From contig NIVC01002976.1 in assembly GCA_002269645.1 (NCBI GenBank), forward strand, positions 62,001-126,000: a stretch of 64,000 bases of DNA, read 5' to 3'. How positions within the stretch are numbered: position 1 is the stretch's first letter; every line of letters starts with the position of its first letter. This stretch comes from Macrostomum lignano. Its lineage: Eukaryota. Position numbers and translations under genes: made by a program. Positions 1-19,183 of this stretch are shown one piece after another. A model generated the notes under the pieces. It was not told where the DNA came from. It saw only the letters and a program-made list of their open reading frames with translations, and made no database searches.

Positions 1-127
1 GAGAGAGGATAGAGAAGAGTGAGGAGAGTTGAGAAGAGACACAAACCTTGAGCGGGCCGGGTTGCTATTGTGAAGTTTCAAAGGGTCTTTCAGAAATAAA
101 TCGCGGACCGGAGTCTGCGGACCCCTA
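1..127. mobile_element. Right end of a GA-rich hAT-like MITE (same family as 28419-28985)
   Basis: GA-rich run, then ACACAAACC...GGGCCGG.TTGCTATTGTGAAGTTT and the end GGAGTCTGCGGACCCCT. These motifs are shared with the copies ending at 28985, 34640, 43990 and 45310. Confidence 0.55.
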
Positions 128-150
128 CTACAGCTGGTCAATCCGGCCTG

Positions 151-320
151 TGGGCAATGTACAGTGTCGTGTACAGCCAAGAATCAGGGGAGTGTTGAAC
201 TGTCTATGGCCCCAGCCCTACCCAAACAGTGGATGTCTGGGCAATGTACAGTGTCGTGTACAGCCAAGAATCAGGGGTGTTGAACTGTCTATGGCCCCAG
301 CCCTACCCAAACAGTGGATG
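151..320. repeat. Two tandem copies of an ~87-bp unit
   Basis: TGGGCAATGTACAGTGTCGTGTACAGCCAAGAATCAGGGG...AAACAGTGGATG occurs at 151 and 238. Confidence 0.85.
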
Positions 321-640
321 ACTTTGCCATTAGGGCGTAACTAAACCATTTATTTTTCGCGAGACTTTTAGAAGTTCCTACATTTCAAAGCTTTTCTTGG
401 CATGAATTACTTATGAGTTCGTCTCGAGCTCGTCTCAACAAAGCAGCCGCTGTCAAAACTTGCCCTTGAGAACGTGCCTGAGTGCAAGCATCGGCTTGCT
501 TGCTTAGGGTTGGGGGGCAGAGTTATCGGTGTTCAAATTCGATGCTTTAAACTGCATATCTGCGTTATACATTTATTCAGGAATTCAGAACTTTAAAAGT
601 ACATTAAATTCCCTCGCCATTATTGCTCTGTCCGTCCCAG

Positions 641-6712
<6,072 letters not shown>

Positions 6713-8367
6713 AGAAAGCCGTTGTGAGAGTCGATGCGTGGAACGCTTGAGTTTAATTTGTTATACTTTAAAACAGTGTCTAAGTCTTATAATAACAGCG
6801 TCACAACTTCAAAAAATGCGTCAATAAAAGCCACTAGTAGATCCATTACATAAAGCATGCGTGTATGATCTCGCAATATGTCATTTTCTCTCTCCGGCTA
6901 GCTGCATGATGGATAGTGTATGCGCGCTCAGATCCGTACTGTCTTCCGTCAAAAAAGATTGCTTGCTTTGCAATATATGGTAATTGTTTAATATTTCCCC
7001 CGCGCTATTGAGAACTAACAAAGTCTGATACAATATATAATGCTACAAGTAGTATACACTGCGCATTAGCAAATACCACTAGAAGTTTCTGAACCCTGGA
7101 GAGTATTTATATTTGGTTTAACACTGGCTGCTTTCAAATTATTGAGTGTCGGAGTTGATCAGGTTTCACTACTGGGTTGAGAGCTAAAGTATAAATTTCA
7201 CCATTTTGTTTGCCACAGACAGCCGAATTCGATTTAAGATAATTGCCGGAAGCAGCTGTGCAAATAGGCTCGTACAACTTATACGAGTACATGTATTCTC
7301 TTCGTTCCTTCTTTACTCCCGGCAAAGCTCAGCCAACATTGGAAAAACTCAGAAATTGAGAGCAGAGCTCACTAAACTCAATCTGAGACCTTGTATTATG
7401 AAACCTTTTTATTCTTCTTGTCTAGCTCAAATTAGTTTTTCGTTTCCGTACTGAAAATTGGCTCAGTTGTGGTTGAAATAATTGACTGAATGCGACTTCG
7501 GATTTTAGTGGGCAGAATTCTGCCGTACATGTAAGCTATCAACTCTTTATATTAGCCATATGGCTAGCAGCAGAGTTCCACCAACAACCTCCATCAAAGC
7601 CACAAAATTCAATAGTGTGTTTCGACTTTCGCCGATTTTATTACAGTAAAACAATTTATTACTGAACTTCCCAATTAGAAAATAACACTCAAACAATTAA
7701 TGAAAACTGAAGGATTGGGGAAATAAAACAAAATGTCAACGTCACATGGTGTCGTAAATAAGGGCGAAAAATTAATGTTCATTTGCTATACTATTGTTAA
7801 TAATACCCCGTAAATATTAGCTTTGTCCCCCAACCCTGGATGCACCAAGAAAAATTCCAGTGTTACGCCACCGATGTCACATTAAAGAAAAAGTGGAGCT
7901 CAGCCTCGGTTTTGAAATTATTGATAAAATATAGAATATATTCCGACTTAAATGCTCCGGTAAGTTACTAATTTCTTTAAAAGAATACTTAGCATTCGCT
8001 GAATTCTAAAACAAGCTACTGTTGCTATCAATAAATTGAAAGATCTGAGGTATTTTTACGGCAGATTATAACTGCCTATGTAAATGTACGTTAGATTTCA
8101 AATTCTAAACTGTTCAACAGGCTTCAGACAGAAATATTCGAACTTCCGCGTTAAGCATTTATCGCGTCCATTTTAACAGCATTTACTTTAAAAACACACA
8201 GGCTCGCAATCTTATGTGAGATCCTGATTGATTAATTAGAGTAAATGTAAAAAAATTATATATATAGAGCTCGTTTGAAAAAAACAACTTGATTTTATCA
8301 AAAGTTTTAGTACTTATTTTCAATTTCCACTTCTCGAAATTTTACTTCTATGTTAAAAGTAAGCAAG

Positions 8368-8443
8368 GGTAAGGGGTAAAACACTACACCTGTTACCTGT
8401 TAGCCTGTTACCCCATTTTTCGGGTAGTGTTTTACCCCTTACC
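8368..8443. mobile_element. 76-bp miniature inverted-repeat element with 9-bp TSD (Mutator-like by TSD length)
   Basis: Perfect 20-bp TIR GGTAAGGGGTAAAACACTAC (8368-8387 / 8424-8443), flanked on both sides by GTAAGCAAG (8359-8367, 8444-8452). Confidence 0.75.
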
Positions 8444-9248
8444 GTAAGCAAGCATTATTTTTAAGGCCTATAAAAGGGAACCGCGTCACAAATCTCACGT
8501 CCTGCACAGACTTATATGTGCATTTGAAAATATTAAATGAAAAAAAGATTTTTTTTCTCATTTTCTTATTTATACTCTGTTTCTCTTTATTTTACTGTAT
8601 TTCAACAGCAGGTGCATGTGCATGCTAGTATGCTACCTGTACCAGATTCTTATTCAATGAATAAGTCTTATTCATTGAATAATATACAATGCAATGTAAA
8701 ATATAAAAGTAATTTTATTGGTAAATTTCTAAACTTATAAAAATGCTTTCCATTTTATAATTTTTGTGTTATCATACTACATAATATGAAGTCAAATTAT
8801 GATGCTACAAGACAAATTAAACTATTGGATGGGAATTATTCTTGACTATTTAATCCCTTTGCCTATCAAGCTTTAAATCGCATTGTTTGTTTAAATTAAA
8901 TGGTGTATGTTGAAAAACATCACCCTATGATTTATTAATGTTAGGTCAAGTATATATTTATCAATATTTAAACTTCTATATATTGTATTAACTGTTAGGT
9001 ACAAAAATAAATATAAAATACTGTCCACATGGTTTAATTATTTATGTTGATATTTTAATCAGTGTATAACTAGTAAAATTTAAAAATATGTTTACTTTTA
9101 TACTTTTTACTTTAACTTTAACTTTACTTTATACTAAAAAGTAAAAAAAAGTTTAATTCAAAAAAATTAATCATCAGAAATAGTACTATATTTTAGTCTG
9201 GCCTATTAACTTTCCTGCTTCTACTTCCTCATCAGTGCTGAATTTAAA

Positions 9249-12200
9249 ATGGCATCAAGCAATGATGCCGGCAGCACTGACCAACAAGGTGACGATGTAC
9301 CATTGCTGCGACATCCGCACATAGTTGTTAGCCAGAACACTGTTGATGCTGGCAGTGAGGATGCTGCAGAAAGTGCTGATGCCACACCAGAGTCGGCAGT
9401 CTTCGAGGAACCGTCGTCGCCATCAGCACCAAAACGATGGCGCTACGTGGAGAAGGAGATCCTTGAGACCGAACAAAGCTATCTTGCCGATATGTCCAAA
9501 CTTGCAGAGTCCTTCCTGATGCAGCCACTGGGCAAGGAGTTTCCCACAGAAAAGGTTTGTGAAGATCTACTGAAAATTGTCATTTAAAATCGCTTCAGTA
9601 GTGGTGATTTATCTCAGGATTGCACGGCTCAGACAAAAGTTACAATCGCTTCATTAATATCATGGGGTGATTTTTCCTCAACGTTCTATTAGAGTCTCAC
9701 CTAAATCATCTGAGAGTTGACCAAAAACTATCTAAAAGATGACCCCTAGACTATCCAGGAGCCCCCCCCCCCCTAGACTATCCAAGAGAACCCCCTAGCC
9801 TATCCATGAGAATCGCCCCTAGACTATCCAGGAGCCCCCCCCCCCTAGACTATCCAAGAGAACCCCCTAGCCTATCCATGAGAATCGGTCCTAGACTATA
9901 CATGAGAATCGACCCTACTCTATCCATGAAAATCGCCCCTAGACTAGTCATGAGAATCGCCCCTAGATTATCTATGAGAATCGGCTCTGCCGCTCTATAC
10001 TATCCATTAGAATCGCCCTAGCCTTTCAATGAGAAACGCCCCTAGACTATCCATGAGAATCGCCCCTAGACTACCCATGAGAATCGCCCCTAGACTACCC
10101 GTGAGAATCGCCCCTAGACTACCCATGAGAATCGCCCCTAGACTATCCATTAGAATCGCCCCTAGACTATCCATGAGAATCGCCCCTAGACTACCCATGA
10201 GAATCGCCCCTAGACTACCCATGAGAATCGCCCCTAGACTATCCATGAGAATCAAAAATACCTTCAACAACCCCTGCAAAGGTGCTGCTAAACCTGAACG
10301 AAGTATGCGAAGCGTCCCGCTCTCTGCTCGCCGACTTAGAAGCGGTTGCCAATGACAACACCGACGCATCAGGCAGCAGGGACATTGGCCAGGTGTTCAT
10401 CAAACACGGTGACAGAATCGCCACCGCCTACGTGCCGTTCTGCCGCGGCGTGAAGTCCGCGATCAAGAGGGCGGAGTCGCTGCAATCTCAAAGCTCGCCG
10501 CTGGCTGACAAGATCGCCGAACGGATGAACTCCTTGGCGCCCGACTCTGGGTTTCAATTGGACTCGTTCCTCATCAAACCGCTGCAACGGATCACTCGCT
10601 ACCCCCTGCTGCTCAGGGAGCTGCTCAAACAGGGCTGCCCTTATCCTCAATCTGTCAGTCAGGCTAGCGAGATCATCACCAACACGCTTAGAAGGGTCAA
10701 TGAGGAAGTTCGAGTGCACGAATTGCTGAGTCGGTTAGTTCTGAATATGCCTCTGGTGGGAATCATGTCTCAGTCACTGATGAGAATCATGCCTCAGTCA
10801 CTGATGAGAATCATGCCTCAGTCACGTCACTGATGAGAATCATGCCTCAGTCACACATGAGAATCATGCCTCAGTCACTGATGAGAATCATGCCTCAGTC
10901 ACTGATGAGAATCATGCCTCAGTCACGTCACTGATGAGAATCATGCCTCAGTCACACATGAGAATCATGCCTCAGTCACTGATGAGAATCATGTCTCAGT
11001 CACTGATGAGAATCATGCCTCAGTCACTGATGAGAATCATGCCTCAGTCACTGATGAGAATCATGCCTCAGTCACTGATGAGAATCATGCCTCAGTCACA
11101 CATGAGAATCATGCCTCAGTCACACATGAGAATCATGCTTCAGTCACACATGAGAATCATGCCTCAGTCACACATGAGAATCATGCCTCAGTCACAGATG
11201 AATCATGCCTCAGTCAGACATGAGAATCATGCCTCAGTCACTGATGAGAATCATGCCTCAGTCACACATGAGAATCATGCCTCAGTCACAGATGAGAATC
11301 ATGCCTCAGTCACTGATGAGAATCATGCCTCAGTCACTGATGAGAATCATGCCTCAGTCACACATGAGAATCATGCCTCAGTCACACATGAGAATCATGC
11401 CTCAGTCACACATGAGAATCATGCCTCAGTCACACATGAGAATCATGCTTCAGTCACACATGAGAATCATGCCTCAGTCACACATGAGAATCATGCCTCA
11501 GTCACAGCTGAGAATCATGCGTCAGTCACTGATGAGAATCATGCGTCAGTCACAGATGAGAATCATGCGTCAGTCAATGATGAGAATCATGCGTCAGTCA
11601 CAGATGAGAATCATGCCTCAGTCACAGATGAGAATCATGCCTCAGTCACAGATGAGAATCTTGCCTCAGTCACACATGAGAATTATGTCTCAGTCACATA
11701 TAGGAATCATGTCTCAGTCAATGATGAGAATCATGCCTCAATCACAGATGAGAATCATGCCTCAATCACACATGAGAATCATGCCTCAGTCACACATGAA
11801 AATCATGCCTCAGTCACACATGAGAATCATGCCTCAGTCACACATGAGAATCATGCCTCAGTCACACATGAGAATCATGCCTCAGTCACACATGAGAATC
11901 ATGCCTCAGTCACACATGAGAATCATGCCTCAGTCACACATGAGAATCATGCCTCAGTCACTGATGAGAATCATGCCTCAGTCACGTCACTGATGAGAAT
12001 CATGCCTCAGTCACACATGAGAATCATGCCTCAGTCACTGATGAGAATCATGCCTCAGTCACTGATGAGAATCATGCCTCAGTCACTGATGAGAATCATG
12101 CCTCAGTCACGTCACTGATGAGAATCATGCCTCAGTCACACATGAGAATCATGCCTCAGTCACTGATGAGAATCATGCCTCAGTCACTGATGAGAATCAT

Positions 12201-15200
12201 GCCTCAGTCACTGATGAGAATCATGCCTCAGTCACGTCACTGATGAGAATCATGCCTCAGTCACACATGAGAATCATGCCTCAGTCACTGATGAGAATCA
12301 TGTCTCAGTCACTGATGAGAATCATGCCTCAGTCACTGATGAGAATCATGCCTCAGTCACTGATGAGAATCATGCCTCAGTCACTGATGAGAATCATGCC
12401 TCAGTCACACATGAGAATCATGTCTCAGTCACACATGAGAATCATGCCTCAGTCACACATGAGAATCATGCCTCAGTCAGACATGAGAATCATGCCTCAG
12501 TCACAGATGAATCATGCCTCAGTCACAGATGAATCATGCCTCAGTCACAGATGAATCATGCCTCAGTCACAGATGAGAATCATGCCTCAGTCACATATGA
12601 GAATCATGCCTCACCCGCGGTTGCAGCTACCTGACCCCGGCTGACTGGCAGCAGCAGCAGCCGCAGCGAGCCCGCTGGGACAGCCTCGTCCACACTCTGG
12701 ACAAGAAAGGCGGCCGCTGGGGCACCTTCGTTCAGGAGCGCCTGTCCGGCCATGTTTCGGCCACTGCGGATCCAAAGCTGCGTCATCAGGTTGGCCGGTT
12801 CATCGCCTGCCGCCAGCTAGTCGACACGGTGCTTCAGCAGTGCGGCCGACTTGGCCGCAAGACCCAGCGCTGCGTTCAGTCTCTGGCCGCCCTGCACCGC
12901 CAGTTGGCCAACTTCTCTCCGGCCGTGGCCGCTGAAGCTCCGTGGCCGGAGGCCGCTCTCTTGGACGAAGGTGCCGACGGTCGATGGGGCCGATTCACTT
13001 CAGACGCTGAGAAGCTGGTGTTCGAGCCGTTGCGGAGTCTGCAGGACTGCTTCTCTGGTGAGCTGGGAGTGGCTGGGGGAGCTGAGGCCATGTGCAAGGA
13101 CCTTTGAATGCATGGACTGGAAGAGCAGTGCTGGCGGATCCTTGAAAAGTGTCTTTGAACTCCTGAGGATTGAGTAGATCTCCTGAACTACCTGAGGATT
13201 GAGTAGATCTCCTGAACTACCTGAGGATTGAGTAGATCTCCTGAACTACCTGAGGATTGAGTAGATCTCCTGAACTACCTGAGGATTTAGTAGACGTCTG
13301 AACTACCTGAGGATTGAGTAGATCTCCTGAACTACCTGAGGATTGAGTAGATCTCCTGAACTACCTGAGGATTTAGTAGATGTCCTGAACTACCTGAGGA
13401 TTTAGTAGATGTCCTGAACTACCTGAGGATTTAGTAGATGCCCTGAACTACCTGAGGATTGAGTAGATCTCCTAAACTACCTGAGGATTTAGTAGATGTC
13501 CTGAACTACCTGAGGATTTAGTAGATGTCCTGAACTACCTGAGGATTTAGTAGATGTCTGAACTAACTGAGGATTTAGTAGATGTCCTGAACTACCTGAG
13601 GATTTAGTAGATGTCTGAACTAACTGAGGATTGAGTAGATGTCCTGAACTAACTGAGGATTGAGTAGATGTCCTGAACTAACTGAGGATTTAGTAGATGT
13701 CTGAACTAACTGAGGATTTAGTAGATGTCTGAACTACCTGAGGATTTAGTAGATGTCTGAACTAACTGAGGATTTAGTAGATGTCCTGAACTACCTGAGG
13801 ATTTAGTAGATGTCCTGAACTACCTGAGGATTGAGTAGATGTCCTGAACTAACTGAGGATTTAGTAGATGTCTGAACTACCTGAGGATTTAGTAGATGTT
13901 TTGTAACCCGGGTCGGCTTGGGTGCCCAGTCCCGAGTACAATATATATTATATGTGATATAACAGGCGTTGTGACGCTCTGTCTGTACTTTTATGAATAC
14001 GACGAGCAGGCGTGGCGACGCTCTGCGATAATAATTCGATCCCTCTGGTGTTGTGACACTCAGAGTTCACGCTGCGGCTCGAGGTGTGGTGACACTCTCG
14101 AGTGCTTCTATTCTCTATACCGTAGGGCGTACGCAATATATATGGTAAACGGTACCGTACTACAGAAGCTATATGGTCTCCCGGCGTTATGACGCTCTGG
14201 CAAGAATTCGGCCTAGCAAGCTTCCCGGAAAGAAAGGACTCAAACAGCAGGCGGCTTACCAGTGGCCAGATGACTGTTCACCGTTTATTATTCGCAGGTC
14301 TCAAGCGCAGTTTCCGACTTCTTCTTAATTCTCCAAGACTCTTCTCAATTAGGCTATTGTGTTTCTTTTATCGAAGTAGCTAATGTTGCTGTTTCTTTTA
14401 TCAGGTCTCGCGCTTGCACTCTCTGAGCACACCAAAACACAAAAAGCACGCAGGTGGTGGGCAAGAGCCAGAGTCGCACCATAAATAGCACCCAAACCCT
14501 GGGGCAGACGGCCCCACCGGCTAAGCTCACCAAAACAAACCACGCCGGCCCAGCCAATCAAAACCCCGCCTAAGGGGGGAGGGGCTGCACCCGCGCCAAA
14601 GCTGGCCCGGCCGCAGCCAACCAGCCCTGAGCACGGGGCAGGGGCACGGCTGGGGAGGGGCACGCGCAAAGCCCGGCCGGGGCCAGACCCTGCCACGCCC
14701 GCCAACCCCCCCAACCAGCCCCAAAGTGCAACGCGCCCTGCCAACTGACAAGGGCGCATGCACTACAGATGTCTGAACTACCTGAGGATTTAGTAGATGT
14801 CTGAACTACCTGAGGATTTAGTAGATGCCCTGAACTACCTGAGGATTTAGTAGATGTCCTGAACTACCTGAGGATTGAGTAGATCTCCTGAACTACCTGA
14901 GGATTTAGTAGATGCCCTGAACTACCTGAGGATTTAGTAGATGTCTGAACTAACTGAGGATTTAGTAGATGTCCTGAACTACCTGAGAATTGAGTAGATG
15001 TCCTGAACTAACTGAGGATTTAGTAGATGTCTGAACTACCTGAGGATTTAGTAGATGTCTGAACTACCTGAGGATTTAGTAGATGTCTGAACTACCTGAG
15101 GATTGAGTAGATCTCCTAAACTACCTGAGGATTTAGTAGATGTCCTGAACTACCTGAGGATTGAGTAGATCTCCTGAACTACCTGAGGATTTAGTAGATG

Positions 15201-18200
15201 CCCTGAACTACCTGAGGATTTAGTAGATGTCTGAACTACCTGAGGATTTAGTAGATGTCCTGAACTACCTGAGGATTTAGTAGATGTCCTGAACTACCTG
15301 AGGATTTCCCGTCTAAGGCACTGATGGTTGTTAAAGCTATTCACCTATATTTTTAAAAACTAAATTCATTCAATAAATTTACGCGTAGTTAGAAACTAGA
15401 AAACTAGAAATTCAAGCCTATGAAATTAAAGTCTTGAAAGCTTAGCAAGGTTGCCAGGTACGAGATTGTTTACCTTGGCAAGTGCATCAACCCCCTCTCA
15501 ATGCAACAGTTTTAACTAATGAATTCCATTTGCACACGGAATAGAAATTCTGAAAAGCGAAGTTAGTCAGTACTTTATAATACTGAATCCAGTTAGTTAA
15601 GCAAGGTAAATTATGAATGGGAATCTGCCTTTTTTCTCTTGCAACTTTATTAACTTTACAAGTTCATCAATTCCGCGTGGCAGAGATTTGCAATGTGCTT
15701 TGTAAATTTAGAAACTAAAAAACACAATTTGGAAACTTATAAAATTCCTTAGCTGTGTCTGGGGCTGAAACATTCAGGGAAAGAACGAATGCTGTGACAG
15801 ACTGAAACAGACAGTACGAGATTCCATGGAAGACACTATAAGACACTGAGACAAACACTGAGGCAGACACTGAGACAGACACTGAGACAGACATAAGACA
15901 GACACTGAGACAGACACTAAGACGGACACTGAGACAGGCACTGAGACAGGCACTGAGACAGACACTGAGACAGGCACTGAGACAGACACTGAGACAGGCA
16001 CTCAGACAGAAACTGAGACAGGCACTGAGACAGACACTGAGACAGACACTGAGACAGGCACTGAGACAGACATTGAGACAGACACTGAGACAGACACTGA
16101 GGACAGACACTGAGACAGACACTGAGACAGACACTGAGACAGACACTGAGACAGACACTGAGACAGACACTGAGACAGGCACTGAGACAGACACTGAGAC
16201 AGGCACTCAGACAGAAACTGAGACAGGCACTGAGACAGACACTGAGACAGACACTGAGACAGGCACTGAGACAGACATTGAGACAGACACTGAGACAGAC
16301 ACTGAGGACAGACACTGAGACAGACACTGAGACAGACACTGAGACAGACACTGAGACAGGCACTGAGACAGACACTGAGACAGGCACTGAGACAGAAACT
16401 GTGACAGACACTGAGACAGGCACTGAGACAGACACTGAGACAGACGCTGAGACAGGCACTGAGACAGACACTAAGACAGACACTGAGACAGACACTGAGA
16501 CAGGCACTGAGACAGGCACTGAGACAGACACTGAGACAGACGCTGAGACAGGCACTGAGACAGGCACTGAGACAGGCACTGAGACAGACACTGAGACAGG
16601 CACTGAGACAGAAACTGAGACAGACACTGAGACAGACACTGAGACAGACACTGAGACAGGCACTGAGACAGGCACTGTGACAGGCACTGAGACAGACAGG
16701 CACTGAGACAGGCACTGAGACAGACACTCAGACAGAAACTGTGACAGGCACTGAGACAGACACTCAGACAGAAACTGAGACAGGCACTGAAACAGACACT
16801 GAGACAGGCACTGAGACAGACACTGAGACAGACACTGAGACAGGCACTGAGACAGACTCTGAGACAGACACTGAGACAGACACTAAGGACAGACACTGAG
16901 ACAGGCACTGAAACAGACACAAGACAGGCACTGAGACAGAAACTGAGACAGACACTGAGACAGACACTGAGACAGACACTGAGACAGGCACTGAGACAGG
17001 CACTGTGACAGGCACTGAGACAGACAGGCACTGAGACAGGCACTGAGACAGACACTCAGACAGAAACTGTGACAGGCACTGAGACAGACACTCAGACAGA
17101 AACTGAGACAGGCACTGAAACAGACACTGAGACAGGCACTGAGACAGACACTGAGACAGAAACTGAGACAGGCACTGAGACAGACTCTGAGACAGACACT
17201 GAGACAGACACTAAGGACAGACACTGAGACAGGCACTGAAACAGACACAAGACAGACACTGAGACAGACACTGAGACAGACACTGAGACAGACACTGAGA
17301 CAGGCACTGAGACAGGCACTGAGACAGACACTGAGACAGGCACAAAGAAATACTAAGATAGACCCACCAGTGAACACAGGGTTCCAAGACAGCAGTAAGC
17401 CCCTCATACTTAGCGCAGAGAGATTGGTGCACCAGCCCCCTAAGCAAGGCAAACACGAGCGGGCTGCCTTCAGTGCAGGCCCGCTTCCTAACGCCAGTTA
17501 TTTGCGAAGTTCATCAAGCATTCACCGAAATTCTTTCCAACCCCCCGCCCGGCGCAGGCCCGCAGCGCCTGATCGACGCGTGCGAGCGCAAACGCCTCGA
17601 CTACGAGCGCGTCCTGCGCCGCTCCCAGCCCGACCCCATGGCCGAGGACGCGGCCAGGCAAGATTTCGCCGCCCTGAGCGGCCGACTCAAAGAGGAGCTG
17701 CCAGATTTGATCAGCTTGTCAATCCAGCTGCTGGTCAGGTCTGTTGTCTGCTTCCTGCGCTTGTTGCAGTCGGCCAGTACTCAAGCTCGTCTGCTTCTAA
17801 AAGAAGCTTTCCCAAGCGATAGCTGCGAGCTGACGCCCTTAATAGAGCAGGAACTGGACGCCTGGCTGCAGCGCTTGGCAGCTCTCCCGACTCTTGCCGA
17901 GGCCTCCCTACTGCAGGAAGTCGACGAAGAGTCCGCAGCTGACGGCGGCGGTGGCGACGAGGATGCGGCAGATTCGGCATCGCCCGCCACTCCGGGATTC
18001 CGGCCGGCTTCGGCGATCCGGCAGAGTGATGAGCTGCGGCAGCGGCTGGTCGGCAAGTACAAGATGTCCCAGCTGCGGCGGGTGGTCCGCGAGCATCTCG
18101 GCTGCTCCGCTAAACGAGAAGTGGACGCGTGCCAGGTGAGTGAGACAGGGTGGCTGATGGTGACGATGTCTCAAGTGACAGACCCATGGAGAGGGTAGTG

Positions 18201-19183
18201 AACTCTCAAATGACAATCAAAGACCCATGGAGAGGGTAGTGACCTCTCAAATGACAATCAAAGACCCATGGAGAGGGTAGCGACCTCTCAAATGACAATC
18301 AAAGACCCATGGAGAGGGTAGTGACCTCTCAAATGACAATCAAAGACCCATGGAGAGGGTAGTGAACTCTCAAATGACAATCAAAGACCCATGGAGAGGG
18401 TAGTGAACTCTCAAATGACAATCAAAGACCCATGGAGAGGGTAGTGACCTCTCAAATGACAATCAAAGACCCATGGAGAGGGTAGTGAACTCTCAAATGA
18501 CAATCAAAGACCCATGGAGAGGGTAGTGACCTCTCAAATGACAATCAAAGACCCATGGAGAGGGTAGTGAACTCTCAAATGACAATCAAAGACCCATGGA
18601 GAGGGTAGTGACCTCTCAAATGACAATCAAAGACCCATGGAGAGGGTAGTGACCTCTCAAATGACAATCAAAGACCCATGGAGAGGGTAGTGAACTCTCA
18701 AATGACAATCAAAGACCCATTGAGAGGGTAGTGACCTCTCAAATGACAATCAAAGACCCATGGAGAGGGTAGTGACCTCTCAAATGACAATCAAAGACCC
18801 ATGGAGAGGGTAGTGACCTCTCAAATGACAATCAAAGGCCCATGGAAAAGTTACGGCACCATAAAACGAGAGATTACAGTCATGTCTCCTTGCCCGACCA
18901 GGGAGATCTCGTGGCCGTCCTGATGGCCTCCTACCCGTCCAGAACGAGCCACTCTCTGGTGGACACCGGCTCTGCAAGCGGCCTGCTGCCAGCTGAGCTG
19001 CTTTCCACCCGCGAGCTGGCCTCCGCGCTGCCGAAGCCCGAGAAGCAGCCGGCCACCATCTGGTATGTGGATCCCGAGCAGGTGTTTTCCCACCTGCTGC
19101 ACCTGCCGCCATCCTACGACGATTCCACCAGGACTGCCGCTCCCCGCAAGCCAACCCGCGCCCCAGCCCGCGCACCAACTTGA
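9249..19183 (+). CDS. Tuba/DNMBP- or ARHGEF37/38-like RhoGEF (DH + BAR + degenerate SH3); exons 9249-9554, 10282-10733, 12627-13057, 17558-18135, 18902-19183 (~682 aa)
   Basis: DH motifs EILETEQSYLADM and LDSFLIKPLQRITRYPLLLRELLK. BAR-like segment EKLVFEPLRSLQDCFS|GPQRLIDACERKRLDYER. SH3-like segment GDLVAVL...SLVDTGSASGLLPAELL. All four introns are GT-AG with matching phases (0,2,1,0). The C-terminus is uncertain (see findings). Confidence 0.85.
9744..10253. repeat. 24-bp minisatellite CCCTAGACTATCCATGAGAATCGC (RhoGEF intron 1)
   Basis: Tandem units, more degenerate at the 5' end. Confidence 0.93.
10760..12613. repeat. 24-bp minisatellite ATGAGAATCATGCCTCAGTCAC(TG/AC) (RhoGEF intron 2)
   Basis: Tandem array. 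It generates the spurious MRIMPQS and HASVTHEN ORFs. Confidence 0.97.
13160..15307. repeat. 28-29 bp minisatellite GAACTACCTGAGGATTTAGTAGATGTCCT, interrupted by an insertion at ~13900-14767
   Basis: The same unit is present on both sides of the insert. Confidence 0.95.
13902..14767. mobile_element. Probable solo LTR (~866 bp) inserted in the minisatellite
   Basis: Unique sequence bounded by TGTAA...CTACA (TG..CA). GATGT is present on both sides, the left copy separated from the TG by TT. There is an AATAAA on the minus strand near 14285 and no recognisable coding homology. Confidence 0.5.
15842..17343. repeat. 12-bp minisatellite ACTGAGACAG(A/G)C (RhoGEF intron 3)
   Basis: Tandem array. It is the source of the SVSV and CLSQ ORFs. 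Confidence 0.97.
18178..18846. repeat. 41-bp minisatellite GACCCATGGAGAGGGTAGTGACCTCTCAAATGACAATCAAA (RhoGEF intron 4)
   Basis: About 16 near-identical units. Confidence 0.97.

Noticed and set aside
10934-12554. MRIMPQS / ENHASVTH repeat proteins
   Set aside because: They derive from an intronic 24-bp minisatellite between phase-compatible RhoGEF exons.
15715-17456. Mucin- or Ser/Val-rich ORFs
   Set aside because: They come from the 12-bp minisatellite.
18178-18846. CRISPR-like appearance of the 41-bp and 28-29 bp repeats
   Set aside because: Units are directly tandem with no unique spacers, there are no cas genes, and the context is eukaryotic intron.
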